Part shown: positions 27,712 through 37,924 of the stretch, in pieces
Layout: each line of letters opens with the position of its first letter
Numbering within the stretch: position 1 is the first letter of the stretch
Assembly (NCBI GenBank): GCA_041660165.1
Contig: JBAZWW010000005.1
Coordinates: forward strand, 16,191-80,190
Direction: 5' to 3'
DNA length: 64,000 bases
Source of the DNA: Patescibacteria group bacterium
Lineage (GTDB): Bacteria; Patescibacteriota; Patescibacteriia; UBA9934
The notes under the pieces: generated by a model
What the model was told of the DNA's origin: nothing
Seen by the model: only the letters and a program-made list of their open reading frames with translations
The model's database searches: none
Made by a program: the position numbers and the translations under genes

Positions 27712-27757
27712 GTTTACGTATTGCGATAAGGCGGTGTTTGCGTTAGGCTCTTTGAAT

Positions 27758-27913
27758 ATGAAATGTCCTATCTGCAATTACGACATGCACGTTGAATCTA
27801 CCAGAACAACTTATGATGCCTCGGGCCGGAAGGCTTATGACTGGTCAAAACAGATGTGTAAGCGCGATGATGTGTGGATTGAGCTTGAAACCCCGCAGAA
27901 AGAACAGGAGTAG
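27758..27913 (+). CDS. Small zinc-ribbon-like protein (51 aa)
   Basis: MKCPICNYDM...MCKRDDVWIELETP; fills the gap before the kinase. Confidence 0.65.
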   Translation: MKCPICNYDMHVESTRTTYDASGRKAYDWSKQMCKRDDVWIELETPQKEQE

Positions 27914-27917
27914 GAGT

Positions 27918-28448
27918 ATGCAACTCATTTTTTTGTACGGCCCGCCGGCGGTGGGAAAGCTGACTATTGCCAAGGAGCTGTCTAGGTTGACGAGCATCCC
28001 GCTCGCGGACAACCACTCGCTCGTGAATCCGATTGCGCAGATTTTCGGGTGGGATCACCCGGAGCGGAGCCGTTTGGGACACGAGTTCAGAATCGAGCTT
28101 TTTCGCTCAGCGGCCAGAGCCGGTAAGAGCTTGATTACCACCTTTGGCGGAGGAGGAGAGACATACGATGATTTTATCCAGGAGGCAAAGAAGGTTGTTG
28201 AGGACAATGGAGGCCAGATAATTTTTGTGCATTTGATCGCCTCAAAGGACGTTTTGCTTCAGCGCGTGCATGGAGATTCGAGGTCCGCGCATCTCAAAAT
28301 GACCACGACCGAGGCCCTTTTAAAACAGTTGGAGGGCGTGCCCGATGTTTTCGCTGGGGCGCTGGTGGGCGAGCATCTTGAAATAGATACTTCGGAGCAA
28401 TCGCCGGAAGAGTCTGCAGGATTGATCCTGGCCGAGCTAAAAAGATGA
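27918..28448 (+). CDS. P-loop kinase (shikimate/NMP-kinase-like)
   Basis: LIFLYGPPAVGKLT, lid 'LLQRV...SR', 'IDTSEQSPEE'. Confidence 0.88.
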   Translation: MQLIFLYGPPAVGKLTIAKELSRLTSIPLADNHSLVNPIAQIFGWDHPERSRLGHEFRIELFRSAARAGKSLITTFGGGGETYDDFIQEAKKVVEDNGGQIIFVHLIASKDVLLQRVHGDSRSAHLKMTTTEALLKQLEGVPDVFAGALVGEHLEIDTSEQSPEESAGLILAELKR

Positions 28449-28478
28449 CAAGGGCGTTCGTTCGGTCTATCTTAAGGT

Positions 28479-30086
28479 ATGGCCACCCCGCTTCATGATC
28501 GCGCCCAAAAGGCGCTTGGCGGACTTATAGCGCTTCTCACGGAGTCGCTCCTTGAAGACGGGTCTTTTCTCTTGCGCGTTTCTCCATCAGCCGATTTTAC
28601 AAATTCTGAAGGCAGAATGTCCGCCTTTGCGCTTGGCCTGGCTTTGCGGTCTATTGCCAAGATCCCGCAGGCGGAAAGCGCCGGCGCTTTGCTTGCAGAG
28701 CGGTTGAAGAGGGAGGTGTCTGCTGACGGTTCATGGAATTATTGGCTTCGTTCTTCCTCAGACGCTAAACGAATGCCATTTCCTGATGATTTGGATTCTA
28801 CGAGCATCTGTCTCCAGGCCGTTTCGCTTTTTGATCCGGACTTTTTGACGGGCGACGTTCTAGCAAACTACGCAAAGCTTCTCATGACAGCGGAGGTTGC
28901 GCAGGCTGGCCCGTACGCCACCTGGCTTGTGGCATCATCCGCTCGCCGAGGTTGGCAAGATGTTGACCCCGTGGTGAACGCAAATATTGCGTCCGTGCTT
29001 TCTAGTCAGGACCGCGCGCTTTCAGGACTCGACGAATATGTACTGGCTGTTTTGAAGGACACCACCGCTCTTTCTCCTTACTATCCGTCTCGCGTTGCTT
29101 TTATCTCCGCGCTGTCTTTAGCGGATCGAGAGACATTTTCTTGGTTTGTTCGTGCGGAGGCTCAGTTGTTATTTTTGCAAGCTGAAAATCCGTTTGATCG
29201 GGCCATGCTGGCCGTAGCGCTGGTGAACGCTCACGCGGATGGGGCAATACTCGAAGAAATTCTTGAGACATGCCTGCGCGATGCGGAGAGCGGAGCGTGC
29301 GTGGCTCCGTATCCCGTTTGTCTTGACCGCATGAAGGGGAATGAGCCGTATTATGCCGGCGCCAAAGAAATCACTCTCTCTGCCAGCGCGGGCGCAATTT
29401 TTGCTTTGACAGAGGCCATTCATATAGGCGAGCAATTAAAGCCGGATGAACGGATGATGACGCTTCAGGAGTCCGTGAAACGTTTGGCGGTCATTGGAGG
29501 AGTAAGCGCGGACAGCGAAAAATCCATGTTTCCGTATCTGGTGGCATCTTCGCTTGATCGAGAAGAAGAACTGACGGATGATTTCTTTTTGCGCGTGTGC
29601 TTGGCCTATACTTTTGGGACGTTGGATGAGCTCTCAGCCGCGAAAGAAGTTTTTATGGCTCTTGGATATAGGACTGACGGGGAAGAGGTTCGTGCTTTTG
29701 AGGAGTATCTTCGGCATTTTCTGATGGCCAAGCAATTGACGGAAGATGCTCGAACTTGGGAAGAAGACTTGAGGCAGGGAAAAATGACGGTGGTGAATGA
29801 GGACGTGGTTGCTCGTTTAAAAAGTAAAGGGTTCAATCTTTCTTCCGTTGATTGGATGGACGCGCTTCACGTGGAGATGCAGAAAATCTATTGGTCAGAG
29901 AGTTTAGAAAGAGCGTGCTCCAGGATTTTTTCGCATGTGGAAATGGCCGGGGAGGTGTGCGAGGATTTGCCGGACATTTCTCGGCCGTTTTGGCGGGCGC
30001 TCGTTTCAAAATACGGGCGCAGTGCTCGTTTAGCGCTTGAGGAAAGAAACCGCGCCTTGGCTTTCTTGAAGTCCATGAAGCTGTAG
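28479..30086 (+). CDS. Prenyltransferase/terpene-cyclase-like alpha-barrel protein
   Basis: 'DGSWNYW', PDDLDSTS, 'GPYATW', 'DVDPVVNANI'; C-terminal 'QLTEDARTWEEDL' resembles a degenerate class I isoprenoid-synthase motif. Confidence 0.6.
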   Translation: MATPLHDRAQKALGGLIALLTESLLEDGSFLLRVSPSADFTNSEGRMSAFALGLALRSIAKIPQAESAGALLAERLKREVSADGSWNYWLRSSSDAKRMPFPDDLDSTSICLQAVSLFDPDFLTGDVLANYAKLLMTAEVAQAGPYATWLVASSARRGWQDVDPVVNANIASVLSSQDRALSGLDEYVLAVLKDTTALSPYYPSRVAFISALSLADRETFSWFVRAEAQLLFLQAENPFDRAMLAVALVNAHADGAILEEILETCLRDAESGACVAPYPVCLDRMKGNEPYYAGAKEITLSASAGAIFALTEAIHIGEQLKPDERMMTLQESVKRLAVIGGVSADSEKSMFPYLVASSLDREEELTDDFFLRVCLAYTFGTLDELSAAKEVFMALGYRTDGEEVRAFEEYLRHFLMAKQLTEDARTWEEDLRQGKMTVVNEDVVARLKSKGFNLSSVDWMDALHVEMQKIYWSESLERACSRIFSHVEMAGEVCEDLPDISRPFWRALVSKYGRSARLALEERNRALAFLKSMKL

Positions 30087-30106
30087 CGTGTTATCATACT
30101 GGTGCT

Positions 30107-30649
30107 ATGGCAAAAAGGAAGACGCAGATAAAAAAGAAAGCAAAAATTACTCTACGAAGCGCCTCGGCTTTACGCTCGGCTGCTATTTTTGCGGCCAAGA
30201 TGAATCACCAGCGGTCCCTGGCTCAGAAGATGGCAGATATCATGACGTCCTCGTTTGGAAGTATGTCTTTCTTGGGCGGGAACGCGCTCTTATTTCTATT
30301 TTGGATTTTAGTGAATACAAAAGCGCTTCCGCTTTTTCCGGCCATTGATCCGTACCCGTTTTTCCTTTTAACAACCTTTGTTTCCCTTGAAGCGATTTTT
30401 CTTTCGATCATTGTGTTGATCAGTGAGAACAGAGCGGCGCGCGTGGCGGAACTACGTGAGGAAATAGATTTTCAGGTGAATGTGCAGGCGGAGCGGGAGA
30501 TTACGCATATTTTGAGAATGCTGGATGAAATTAGGCATCATTTGAAGATCTCCCATGAGGATGACAAGGAGTTTGAGGGGATGAAAGATATGATTGATGT
30601 AGAGAAATTAGAGCAGGAAATTCAAGAGGAAATCAGAGAAATGGCCTAG
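30107..30649 (+). CDS. DUF1003 membrane protein
   Basis: FGSM.F, DPYPFFLL..VSLEAIFLS.IVLISENR. Confidence 0.9.
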   Translation: MAKRKTQIKKKAKITLRSASALRSAAIFAAKMNHQRSLAQKMADIMTSSFGSMSFLGGNALLFLFWILVNTKALPLFPAIDPYPFFLLTTFVSLEAIFLSIIVLISENRAARVAELREEIDFQVNVQAEREITHILRMLDEIRHHLKISHEDDKEFEGMKDMIDVEKLEQEIQEEIREMA

Positions 30650-30730
30650 CCATGAATGATTGACGAACAGGAGGAAATTATATAAGATACTTATCTAATA
30701 ATTTCTCTTGGTTTTTAGTTCCCTCTGTCT

Positions 30731-32542
30731 ATGGACATTCCTGCTGTTCTGCCGATTGTCGTTTCTCCGGTGCGCAAATGGGGCATGCTCGTGGTGTTAA
30801 GCTTGGCGTTGGCTGTTATTATTCTCGACACGACAATTTTGAACGTGGCGCTGGCCTCCATTATTAGAGACTTACAAACAGACATTCAAAGCATCCAGTG
30901 GGTCATCACCGCCTACTCGCTCACCCTCGCGTCCTTTACGATTACGGGCGGACGCATGGGCGACATTTTCGGCAAGAAGCGGATGTTCATGTTCGGAGCC
31001 GTGCTGTTCGCGGTTGGTTCGTTCATAGCTTCAGTTTCGATGAACGTGCCGATGCTCATTGCGGGGGAGTCGATCATTGAGGGAATCGGCGCGGCGCTGA
31101 TGATGCCGGCTACCGCCTCACTTCTCGTCGAGAATTTCTTTGGGCGCGAACGGGCGATTGCCTTTGGCGTGTGGGGCGGTATTGCCGGTGCTTCGGCTGC
31201 TCTTGGTCCCATCCTTGGCGGATATCTCGCCACGAATTACAGCTGGCGCTGGGGCTTCAGGGTCAACCTCATCGTCGTTGGTCTCCTCATCATTGGCTCG
31301 CTTCTTATTCCGAAAGTGAAAATACTCGAAAAGAAGCCAAGGCTGGATTTTGTCGGGGTTTTGCTTTCAGCTACCGGCATGTTCTCGCTTGTCTTCGGCT
31401 TGATCGAGTCCTCTACTTACGGCTGGTGGAAAGCCAAGGCTGTGTTCACGGCCTTTGATTACCTTGTTACGCCGTGGTGGGGATTGTCCGTCGTTCCGAT
31501 TTTCATCCTTGTTGGTTTTATCATTCTCGGGATCTTCCTCACCTGGGAGGCTTTGTATGAAAAGAGGGGCAAGATCCCGCTTGTTTCACTTGGCCTGTTC
31601 AAAAATCGAACGTTCACTTCCGGCATTGCCACCACCGCCATCATGTCGCTTGGCCAAACGGGCCTCATCTTTTCTTTGCCGGTGTTTTTACAATCCGTTC
31701 GGGGGCTCGATGCATACCATACTGGCCTTAGCTTGTTGCCGATGTCATTGTCGCTCCTCGTCGTGGCTCCGCTCTCAGCCATCTTGAGCAAGAAGATTTC
31801 GCCTAAGGTCTTGATTGCGCTTGGTCTCTTCATTAACTGTCTGGCGTACGTTGTCCTCTATCACACCTTGAATCTTGACACGACGAGCCATGACCTCATG
31901 CCCGGCCTGGCGCTCTTTGGCATTGGCATGGGCTTTGTGATGAGCCAGGTGAACAACATTACTCTCTCGGCTGTCAAACCTCAGCAAGCTGGTGAAGCTT
32001 CGGGTTTGAACGCCACGCTTCGGCAAGTTGGCTCCACGCTTGGCTCCGCTATCATGGGTGCCATTTTGATCGGCGCGCTTGGTTCGCAAATGGCCGGCGG
32101 AGTAGACTCGAGCACTGTTATTCCGAGTGAGTTGAAACCCATTTTGGCGAGTGCCATGCAAACGCAATCTTCTAATGTTGAATTCGGCGGAGGCGCGCAT
32201 ATTAACGGCCAGTTGTCTGATGACGTGAAGACCGAGGTCCTGCGCATTGGCCACCAAGCAACCGTTGATGCCAGCAAGCAGACGCTGGCCTTTGGTGGTC
32301 TCTTTGCCTTCCTTGGTTTCCTCTCGGCGTGTATTCTTTTGCCGGGGAAGAAGAGAATTGCGAAGGATGATTCTATCAGTGAGGTTGTGTCGAGCGTTCC
32401 TTCACGAGCATTTGATACGAGCATGATCGGCGAGCTCATTGCGCTCGATGCGTCGAGAATTGCCTCTGGCAAACCGGGGATTGGGGATGAAGTGCGGGTG
32501 TTGATTGACGGGATTCGCGCGGACTCTATGAATTCCTTGTAA
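30731..32542 (+). CDS. MFS DHA2 (EmrB/QacA-like) drug efflux transporter
   Basis: LDTTILNVAL, GGRMGDIFGKKR, GPILGG, WRWGFRVN; about 14 TMs. Confidence 0.93.
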   Translation: MDIPAVLPIVVSPVRKWGMLVVLSLALAVIILDTTILNVALASIIRDLQTDIQSIQWVITAYSLTLASFTITGGRMGDIFGKKRMFMFGAVLFAVGSFIASVSMNVPMLIAGESIIEGIGAALMMPATASLLVENFFGRERAIAFGVWGGIAGASAALGPILGGYLATNYSWRWGFRVNLIVVGLLIIGSLLIPKVKILEKKPRLDFVGVLLSATGMFSLVFGLIESSTYGWWKAKAVFTAFDYLVTPWWGLSVVPIFILVGFIILGIFLTWEALYEKRGKIPLVSLGLFKNRTFTSGIATTAIMSLGQTGLIFSLPVFLQSVRGLDAYHTGLSLLPMSLSLLVVAPLSAILSKKISPKVLIALGLFINCLAYVVLYHTLNLDTTSHDLMPGLALFGIGMGFVMSQVNNITLSAVKPQQAGEASGLNATLRQVGSTLGSAIMGAILIGALGSQMAGGVDSSTVIPSELKPILASAMQTQSSNVEFGGGAHINGQLSDDVKTEVLRIGHQATVDASKQTLAFGGLFAFLGFLSACILLPGKKRIAKDDSISEVVSSVPSRAFDTSMIGELIALDASRIASGKPGIGDEVRVLIDGIRADSMNSL

Positions 32543-32635
32543 GTAAAAAAGGTGGGTCTTTGTTATAGCTACAGTGTAGCTTTTGCTAATGCAACATTGT
32601 TGCACTATGGAGGTCTTCCATCTGAGAGGAGGCGA

Positions 32636-32696
32636 CCACCTCTAGACCCCCGCCCGGACGATCCGGTCGGACGGGCTTCCTCACGTCAGGATCTAA
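32636..32696. repeat. REP-like palindromic element with nested short palindrome
   Basis: CCACCTCTAGACCCC shared with 36895; TCCTCACGTC shared with 51835 and 55654; inner imperfect palindrome 32649-32675. Confidence 0.6.
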
Positions 32697-32769
32697 TCAC
32701 GTCAGAGCCTGATCCACTCAATTCAGCTCTTCCCTTAAAAGGCTCTCTTCAGTATCATTGCGCATCATT

Positions 32770-34548
32770 ATGCGTCCTCTTCTAGAAGTTAAAAGTCTCC
32801 ACAAAACGTACGGCAAACAGGTAGTCCTCGACAACCTGTCTTTTGTGGTGTCTGAGGGGCAGAAGATTGCGCTTATTGGGAGAAATGGGGCGGGTAAATC
32901 GACGCTCCTTAATATCCTTATAGGCAAGGAGGAATCAGATAGTGGGGAAGTGGTTATTTTGCCATGGACAAGGATTGGCGTAGTCCATCAGCATGAAATA
33001 TTACCGAGTGACGTTTCTACCGAGCAGTACTTTGAGATCAAAAGCGGAAAGCCACAATGGGAAACCAGGAAACTCGCCGCTAAGTTTGGACTTGGTCTCG
33101 AAGAACTTGGCAAACCGCCAAGCGCGCTGTCGGGCGGATATCAGATGCGCGTGAAGATCGTCGCGATGCTTCTCGCTGAGCCGAATTTGCTGTTGCTCGA
33201 CGAGCCGGTGAACTACCTCGACCTTTCGACTCTTCTCTTGCTCGAGCGCTTCTTGTTCGAGTACGAGGGGAGCTTCATTGTCACGGCGCATGATCGAGAA
33301 TTCTTGCAGAATACTTGCACCGATACGTTCGAGATCGAACGCGCCGAGCTGACCACGTATCCTGGGGCGGTTGAGGAATACTTTGCGTGGAAAGAAGAAC
33401 AGAAGGAGTTTCAGTTAAGAACAAATAAAAGGTTGAAACGGGAGATAGCTCATCATCAGGACTTTGTTGATCGTTTCCGCTATAAGGCCAGTCAGGCATC
33501 GAGGGCTCAAAGCAAGATCAAACATATCGCGAAACTACGCCATCAAATCGCTACGGTTCATGGCGCGCTGACAACGTCAAGGATTGTGATTCCCACTCCG
33601 CACTTTATTCCTGGTACGGCAGTTCGAGCAGAGAAGATGACCATCGGTTACTCGGACAAAGTGATTGCGAGTGACATTACTTTCGAGTTCAAGCGGGGCG
33701 AGAAGATCGTGATTGCCGGTGAAAACGGGCGGGGCAAGTCAACGCTTTTGAAAACGCTGGCGAGCAGAATTTCGCCACTCGAAGGATCCTTTAAGTGGTG
33801 GCATAAGGCGGATATTGGATACTACGATCAGAAGACTGATGCCACGCTGATTCCGCAAGAAACCGTGCTTGCCTATCTCACCAAGATGGCGCCAGTTCAC
33901 ACTTCCGGCGAGCGGATTTTGATGATGGCGGGCAACTTTTTGTTTCGAAATGATGACCTCGAAAAGACGTGTAGCGTGCTGTCCGGTGGTGAGCGAGCTC
34001 GTCTCTGTCTTGCTGGCATTCTTTTGCACGAGCATAACGTGCTGATCCTTGACGAACCGACCAACCACCTTGATGTTGAGACCGCCGAAGCGCTGGCGCT
34101 GGCGCTCAAGGAATACGGCGGGACGGTTATTTTCGTATCCCACGCCCGCACGTTCGTAAACGCGCTCGCGGACCAGATTTATGAGATTCGCGGGGGTACA
34201 TTGCGCCACTATGTGGGGACGTATGAAGAATATGTCGCTGACCTGGCGGACGCGACCACCCTGACCACCGACTCCCCCGTAGCCCCCCTCGGGCGTAGCC
34301 CTCAACCCTACGGGCGAGCCTCTTGGAAGGAGGGGGAGCGCACCACCCTGAACAAGTCCGAGGCGCATGCGCTCCAAAAAGAAGAGCGCCGTAGGGCCGA
34401 GCGCGAAAAACAAAAACTCGCCCTCCTGGAAAAAGAGAAGAGCGAAATTCTCGCCTACTTCTTTGAGAATCCAACTGACTACGCCCCAGCCAAGGCGACG
34501 AGGCTGAAGGAGCTAGACGAGCTCATTGAGCGGAGTTCAAGATCCTGA
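32770..34548 (+). CDS. ABC-F family ATPase
   Basis: Two NBDs (GRNGAGKST/LSGG/LDEP; GENGRGKST/LSGGE/LDEPTNHLD), no TM; C-terminal coiled coil. Confidence 0.95.
   Translation: MRPLLEVKSLHKTYGKQVVLDNLSFVVSEGQKIALIGRNGAGKSTLLNILIGKEESDSGEVVILPWTRIGVVHQHEILPSDVSTEQYFEIKSGKPQWETRKLAAKFGLGLEELGKPPSALSGGYQMRVKIVAMLLAEPNLLLLDEPVNYLDLSTLLLLERFLFEYEGSFIVTAHDREFLQNTCTDTFEIERAELTTYPGAVEEYFAWKEEQKEFQLRTNKRLKREIAHHQDFVDRFRYKASQASRAQSKIKHIAKLRHQIATVHGALTTSRIVIPTPHFIPGTAVRAEKMTIGYSDKVIASDITFEFKRGEKIVIAGENGRGKSTLLKTLASRISPLEGSFKWWHKADIGYYDQKTDATLIPQETVLAYLTKMAPVHTSGERILMMAGNFLFRNDDLEKTCSVLSGGERARLCLAGILLHEHNVLILDEPTNHLDVETAEALALALKEYGGTVIFVSHARTFVNALADQIYEIRGGTLRHYVGTYEEYVADLADATTLTTDSPVAPLGRSPQPYGRASWKEGERTTLNKSEAHALQKEERRRAEREKQKLALLEKEKSEILAYFFENPTDYAPAKATRLKELDELIERSSRS
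34272..34338 (+). repeat. In-frame palindromic repeat within ABC-F, with nested 33-bp mini-element variant (34286-34318)
   Basis: CTCCCCC...GGGGGAG outer palindrome; inner CCCTCGGGCGTAGCCCT[CAACCCT]ACGGGCGAG. Confidence 0.8.
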
Positions 34549-34550
34549 CG

Positions 34551-34892
34551 TTATTCAACTTCCTTATGCTGTTCCGGGTGCCACGCCGGTGTGCAGGGCA
34601 TGAACATTGTCATATTTCCTTCCCAATAGAATTTCTCTCCAGGTTCAATGAGCACCAAATCGCCCTCGGCAAGGGCATGTTCGGCGTCCTCGATGACAAT
34701 CTTGCCGGCGCCTTTGATAACGTAGCCCATCTCCTTGCATTCCAAGTTCGTGACCCTGCCCGTTGCCGGGTATCTACCGGTTAGCTCTACAACCGCGCCG
34801 TTAATATCCTTGTCGTCCATTGGATACTCGACAGCAATACAGACGTTGCTGTTTTTATTGGTATGCGTTTCAGATTTGTGAGAGATTTTCAT
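34551..34892 (-). CDS. Cupin domain protein
   Basis: GRYP..G...N.ECKEMGYV..G.G, EGDLVLIEPGEKFYW. Confidence 0.85.
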   Translation of the reverse strand: MKISHKSETHTNKNSNVCIAVEYPMDDKDINGAVVELTGRYPATGRVTNLECKEMGYVIKGAGKIVIEDAEHALAEGDLVLIEPGEKFYWEGNMTMFMPCTPAWHPEQHKEVE

Positions 34893-34959
34893 AGAAATTA
34901 TATAAGAGTCTTATGTAATATTTTTGAGGTCGCCGTGGGTGATACCAATTTTCATAGCG

Positions 34960-35277
34960 TTATTTGTAGGCAAACCAAAGTGCGCCGAGTGAAAGCAAAA
35001 GGGCGATCGCGCGATAGCTTGTAAACGTTTCCCCATAAAACCAACTTGCTACGCAAATCCCTACGATGATGGCGACTGCTTCCCAAACGAGAAAAAGCTG
35101 GCCAAAGTCAGAATATTTAAAGGCAATACTTACAGGTAGGGCGATCGATCCATAAATAAGAAATCCCCCAACCAAATATCTCCAATCGGTTAAACCGCCT
35201 TTTTTTAGGATCATATCGGCAATAACCGTAAGAATCACGCCGACAGAAATGGATGTTGAAATAAGAAGGAATTTCAT
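34960..35277 (-). CDS. SMR/DMT-like four-TM membrane protein
   Basis: 105 aa, four hydrophobic helices, 'FYGE' before the last TM. Confidence 0.7.
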   Translation of the reverse strand: MKFLLISTSISVGVILTVIADMILKKGGLTDWRYLVGGFLIYGSIALPVSIAFKYSDFGQLFLVWEAVAIIVGICVASWFYGETFTSYRAIALLLSLGALWFAYK

Positions 35278-35684
35278 AACCGGCCGCCTTCCATAATTAT
35301 CTCTTTCATATTCGGCAGAAGGGGATACCCATCAATTTTGTTGATATCAATCCATACCGGAATGGTTTCGTCTGATGGGGCGAGTGTTCCCTGGAAAGTA
35401 TTGCAACGGAACACGAGGATGGTGAATTCCTTCGGTCCTTCCTTTCTCTTGATTACAGCTTTCCATTCGCGACCCAAAGAAACAAGGTCATTTGGCAATG
35501 CAGTCAGTCCTGTTTCTTCTTGGAGCTCACGTACGGCGGTGTCTTTCGGATCTTCGCCGGACTCGATCCTTCCGGCTGGCAATCCGTAGATGCCTTCAAT
35601 GTTGCCAGCTCCTTTTCTGTGTTTCACTAGCAACACCTTATTGTTTTGAATGATAAGTACGCCAACGCTCGGGATGGGGTTCAT
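35274..35684 (-). CDS. NUDIX hydrolase
   Basis: PAGRIESGEDPKDTAVRELQEETGL Nudix box. Confidence 0.93.
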   Translation of the reverse strand: MNPIPSVGVLIIQNNKVLLVKHRKGAGNIEGIYGLPAGRIESGEDPKDTAVRELQEETGLTALPNDLVSLGREWKAVIKRKEGPKEFTILVFRCNTFQGTLAPSDETIPVWIDINKIDGYPLLPNMKEIIMEGGRL

Positions 35685-35687
35685 ATA

Positions 35688-36200
35688 TTATCGGAGATGT
35701 CTTCGCGCCTCTAGTAAGACGGCTAAATCTCTGGTTGTAATAAATTTGCCGTCATTATGTGTTGAGCCTAATTGCAAGAGTCTGATTGCTTCATCAAATG
35801 AGACCCACATGGGTATGAGGCCTTCTTCAATTTCTTCCTTCGTCAGTTCTGGTTGATTGATGTTGCCCGCCACTTTTGCAAGATAGCAATAGGATATTTG
35901 GAGCAGGTCGATGTAATTGCGATACTCGATCGTCACCCCAAGTTCGTTCGTGATCTCTATGTCACACCCAACTTCTTCTTTGATTTCTCGGTATAGAGCA
36001 TCTTTAATGTTCTCGTCTGGATCCAGACCTCCGCCGGGGAGTTTGTAATATCCCAGATTAGACATGTGTTGGAGCGCGATCATTCCGTCTTCTCGCAATA
36101 GAACGGCTCTTGCAGTTTTTCGCAGAAGATAGGGTTTGTCATACCGTTCTGATCCATCAATGCCTAAATCTTTTTCGGTGATTTCTAGGAGGATGTTCAT
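35688..36200 (-). CDS. NUDIX hydrolase
   Basis: PGGGLDPDENIKDALYREIKEEVG Nudix box. Confidence 0.93.
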   Translation of the reverse strand: MNILLEITEKDLGIDGSERYDKPYLLRKTARAVLLREDGMIALQHMSNLGYYKLPGGGLDPDENIKDALYREIKEEVGCDIEITNELGVTIEYRNYIDLLQISYCYLAKVAGNINQPELTKEEIEEGLIPMWVSFDEAIRLLQLGSTHNDGKFITTRDLAVLLEARRHLR

Positions 36201-36535
36201 AAGACGTGTGTTAACGCAAATTTCAGCATCTTCACCATCGCGTCTGCCGTCACTTTGTCGCCGTAGATGTTTCGGAATGTTTCCATGCGTTCTTGACTGG
36301 TTCCGAGGTGTTCGTGTTTTTCTACGGTCTCATCATTTTCGGTGATGTCGCCCAGTCGTTTTTCCCGAACCCCGGTAAGGATCGCCTTTGCAAATTCTTT
36401 AAGAGTTTCTCTGTTGACGAACGTGAGCTCATCGCCGATCTGTAGATCTTTATCATCGAATAACCTCCAGGTTGAGGTCTTTTCACCGGACAAGACGAGT
36501 GGAACGAGGTTCGGGGCGAATTTGAGGGTTTTCAT
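36197..36535 (-). CDS. ASCH domain protein
   Basis: LKF....VLSGEKTSTWR (GxKxxTxR). Confidence 0.85.
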   Translation of the reverse strand: MKTLKFAPNLVPLVLSGEKTSTWRLFDDKDLQIGDELTFVNRETLKEFAKAILTGVREKRLGDITENDETVEKHEHLGTSQERMETFRNIYGDKVTADAMVKMLKFALTHVL

Positions 36536-36538
36536 AAT

Positions 36539-36862
36539 CTACGCCCCGTGGCATTCAATGAATTTCTTACCGCTATTGCAGTAACAGTCTGATAATTTTT
36601 CTTCAAGTTTGTTTAGTTTGCCTTTAGCTTGGCTTGGATTATTTCGGAGGAGATAGAGGAGCTGGTAGTCGCCGGTATTGCTTCGGATGTTTTCCAATGC
36701 CTCCTGCCATTCTTCAAGTGTGGTGGCTTCGTCTGCCTTTTTTTGTAGATCAAGAATATGCGCGAGGATTTCCGGTGGAATCACCACCGGATGTTCCTTG
36801 AGCCATTCCTCGAACTTTGCTCTATTCGCCCACCATTCGTCTCTTGAATATTTTTCGGGCAT
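36539..36862 (-). CDS. SEC-C motif protein
   Basis: C-terminal CYCNSGKKFIECHG. Confidence 0.75.
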   Translation of the reverse strand: MPEKYSRDEWWANRAKFEEWLKEHPVVIPPEILAHILDLQKKADEATTLEEWQEALENIRSNTGDYQLLYLLRNNPSQAKGKLNKLEEKLSDCYCNSGKKFIECHGA

Positions 36863-36894
36863 ATTATTAGCGATCTTTGTATTTTCGATTCGCT

Positions 36895-36951
36895 CCACCT
36901 CTAGACCCCTCGGGCGTAGCCCTACGGGCGAGCCTTCAGCGCCAGAGTCTA
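36895..36951. repeat. REP-like element with nested 26-bp mini-element (36907-36932)
   Basis: TAGAC...GTCTA outer arms; inner CCCTCGGGCGTAGCCCTACGGGCGAG identical (reverse complement) to 52505-52530. Confidence 0.8.
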
Positions 36952-36973
36952 ATATGTTTGCTGTATCAGTATT

Positions 36974-37168
36974 TTAGGAGGCATCGTCGGGACTATTTGT
37001 TACGTCTGGTTCCTTTTTGTCGATCGCTTCCGCATTAGTTTGAGAGTCTCCCTGACGTTGTCCACCGGCAAAGTGTTGCCGCACGAGTTCATTGGCTTTA
37101 TGAAGTGCTTCTTCTGGCGTGAGTTTGCGTTTTGGGTTATTTTTTTGATCCGGTTCGCCTTCTTTCAT
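36974..37168 (-). CDS. Hypothetical small protein
   Basis: 64-aa ORF in the minus-strand operon, 'TCCTATG' start context like its neighbours. Confidence 0.55.
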   Translation of the reverse strand: MKEGEPDQKNNPKRKLTPEEALHKANELVRQHFAGGQRQGDSQTNAEAIDKKEPDVTNSPDDAS

Positions 37169-37177
37169 AGGAGATAT

Positions 37178-37915
37178 TTACTTCTTAAACCCGCTAATGG
37201 CCTGTAGAATTTCGAGCGGTACTGTGAACACGACCGTATTCGATTGATCCGAGCTGATGTCATTGATGGCGTTAAGTGTTCGAAGGTGAAGAGCTCCAGG
37301 AGTTTCACCAAGCAATTTGGCGGCGGCGGCCAGGTTTGTGGCAGCGGCTAATTCGCCCTCAGCGTTGATGATGACGGCTCGGCGTTCGCGTTCTGCTTCG
37401 GCCTGTTTGCCAATCGTGCGGACCATGTCGCCAAGGAGATTGATGTCCTTCAGCTCGACGGACGTTACTTCCACGCCCCAAGAAAGGGTTACTTCGTCAA
37501 CTTGTTTTTCGATTTTTTCGGAGATGGTGGCTCTCTGAGACAGGAGCTCGTCCAGCGTCACCTCGCCAATGATGTTGCGCATGGTGGTTTGCGCCAGCTG
37601 AAGCACGGCGTAGTTTACATTTTCGACATCAATAATGGCTTTAGCGGGATCAACAATTTTGTAGTAAATAACCGCGTTGATTTTGGCTGAGACGTTGTCT
37701 TTAGTGATCGTATCTTGGGCGGGAACGTCAATGGCCTTCAAGCGCAGGTCAACTTTTTTCATGAACTGGAACACGGGCACCACCACGCGCCAGCCCGGTT
37801 CAGCTACACTTGAGTATTTGCCCATGGTGAAACGGATGCCCCGTTCGTATTGATTCACCTGCCTGAGCGTAGCCAGGAATAGCACAATCACGATGAACGC
37901 AATGAAGCCGATCAT
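37178..37915 (-). CDS. SPFH/band 7 (stomatin-like) protein
   Basis: QYERG, VDLR, ITKDNV, AQTTMRNIIG, QAEAERERRA. Confidence 0.95.
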   Translation of the reverse strand: MIGFIAFIVIVLFLATLRQVNQYERGIRFTMGKYSSVAEPGWRVVVPVFQFMKKVDLRLKAIDVPAQDTITKDNVSAKINAVIYYKIVDPAKAIIDVENVNYAVLQLAQTTMRNIIGEVTLDELLSQRATISEKIEKQVDEVTLSWGVEVTSVELKDINLLGDMVRTIGKQAEAERERRAVIINAEGELAAATNLAAAAKLLGETPGALHLRTLNAINDISSDQSNTVVFTVPLEILQAISGFKK

Positions 37916-37924
37916 AGGAGATAA

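Noticed and set aside
32607-32645. Leader peptide MEVFHLRGGDHL as an ABC-F attenuator
   Set aside because: The hairpins here are explained by a dispersed repeat also present at 36895, and no clear terminator/antiterminator pair is seen.
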